Source: a bacterium (GTDB taxonomy: Bacteria > 4484-113 > JAFGCY01). Taken from it: a stretch of 64,000 nt of DNA. Below are positions 63,092 to 64,000 of the stretch, piece after piece. A program made the position numbers and the translations under genes. Under the pieces are notes generated by a model. The model was given only the letters and a program-made list of their open reading frames with translations. It did no database searches and was not told the DNA's origin. The stretch is taken from NCBI GenBank assembly GCA_020440605.1, contig JAGRNT010000005.1:128404-192403 (forward strand), in the 5' to 3' direction. Every line of letters begins with the position of its first letter. Position 1 is the stretch's first letter.

Positions 63092-64000
63092 TCAGGGCAG
63101 GAAATCTCCCGTCACCCCGTAGCGCACATCCTCACTGGAGTTGATGTACAGGAAATAGGTCAGCCCGGCCTTGACTTCATAGCCCAGCCTGCGTGAGCCA
63201 TTCGCCGGGTTGAGCCTGCCGATGTTGACGACATTGCTGAAGGACTCCTCGCTGAGCGAGACCGGGAACACCTCCAGACCTTCATATAACGGAAGCACCG
63301 TGATCTGGAAGAAGCCGTCCTGGGCCGGCACGAACTTGTAGTAGTCACGGCTGTCGCGCCCGCCGGCCAGCAGGTCATTGTCATTGTCAAGCGTGGCGGA
63401 GAAGCTGAAGGGGATGCTCAGTACAGCCCCGGTGTTCGCTGAGTCATTGGGCTCCAGGTTGTCCTGGTCAACATAGCTGGCCGTGAAGTCCTGCACGGCA
63501 TCACTTCCACTCACCGTCACCGTCACTGCTCCGGCCGGTGCCACCGTGTGGTTGGCGATGTACCAGCGGATGTCGTAGTCGCCATCGGGGTAGGGGCCGA
63601 GCTGGTAGCTGCCGCTGTTGGGTTCGTAGACCTCACCGCTTGTTTCATTCACGATCAGCGTACCCGCGTAGCTCTCGGCCGGCTTGCCGTGGTCCAGGGT
63701 CCCGTTGATGTAATGCACCGGGCCGGAAGGCTCGATCTTCAGGTTGTAGTCCGTCTCACCGTTGTTGGCAAACACCCCGAAGGTGTAGTCGTCATCATCC
63801 GGCAGGATGAACCAGAAGGTCGAGCTGCCGCGGGCCTTGTGCTGGCCGAACAGAGCGCTGCCGGAGGTCTTCTCCACCCAGCATTCCAGCTCCACGTCCT
63901 CCTGCTCAGGGGTGAGCGTGAGCATCACGGGCCCGCTGGTCATGCCCTGCAGGCCGTAGTAGTCGGCGTAGTCCGAGATAGCGCTGGCCCAGCCGTTGAC
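63092..64000 (-). CDS. large surface lipoprotein paralog E, C-terminal part (N-terminus outside the window)
   Basis: The C-terminal PPC-like domain and terminus (…LEPNDSANTGAVLSIP…DYYKF…VRYGVTGDFLP) are shared with paralogs A-D. Confidence 0.6.
   Translation of the reverse strand, partial: VNGWASAISDYADYYGLQGMTSGPVMLTLTPEQEDVELECWVEKTSGSALFGQHKARGSSTFWFILPDDDDYTFGVFANNGETDYNLKIEPSGPVHYINGTLDHGKPAESYAGTLIVNETSGEVYEPNSGSYQLGPYPDGDYDIRWYIANHTVAPAGAVTVTVSGSDAVQDFTASYVDQDNLEPNDSANTGAVLSIPFSFSATLDNDNDLLAGGRDSRDYYKFVPAQDGFFQITVLPLYEGLEVFPVSLSEESFSNVVNIGRLNPANGSRRLGYEVKAGLTYFLYINSSEDVRYGVTGDFLP

Noticed and set aside
1-64000. tRNA, rRNA or other structured RNA genes
   Set aside because: By eye I found no cloverleaf-compatible 70-90-nt segments with conserved T-loop or anticodon-arm features in intergenic regions. 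The intergenic space is small and mostly occupied by the repeats described.

Overview
This is a 64-kb chromosomal fragment that looks high-GC by eye (probably over 65% in most places). It has Gram-negative features: lipobox lipoproteins, an outer-membrane beta-barrel gene, and signal peptides. I found no rRNA, tRNA or CRISPR array. Most genes lie on the minus strand and many sit in tandem paralog arrays.

Main features, in order along the window:
- Two FtsX-type ABC permeases, a tandem pair of MscS mechanosensitive channels, and an AT-rich lipoprotein gene.
- An ECF sigma/anti-sigma pair followed by a single co-directional block: SAM methyltransferase, ABC ATPase, twelve tandem RimL-like GNAT acetyltransferases, then an ABC-2 permease. 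The GNAT genes are separated by MITE-like inverted-repeat elements whose terminal repeats encode the last codons and the stop codon of several paralogs.
- A polysaccharide export and acetylation module (TPR plus beta-barrel protein, MBOAT, SGNH protein, secreted hydrolase candidate).
- A four-helix-bundle gene inside a MITE-like element.
- An AIM24-family gene and a 626-aa protein made of three internal repeats.
- A visibly AT-rich island carrying a Dam-like N6-adenine methyltransferase and a putative restriction endonuclease, i.e. a candidate Type II restriction-modification system.
- A Kbl/serine-palmitoyltransferase-like alpha-oxoamine synthase next to a dedicated acyl carrier protein.
- Housekeeping genes: ffh, a NUDIX hydrolase, thyX and an M3 oligoendopeptidase.
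- An ArsR-headed array of eleven VOC (glyoxalase-like) and SRPBCC (Aha1-like) paralogs, several with signal peptides, plus DinB-family and membrane-protein genes.
- Five tandem lipoprotein paralogs of about 1030 aa, built from carboxypeptidase-regulatory-like and multiple PPC-type beta-sandwich domains. They share an N-terminal domain with two other lipoproteins in the window.

The ORF track allows TTG and GTG starts, so I re-derived ATG starts wherever I could.
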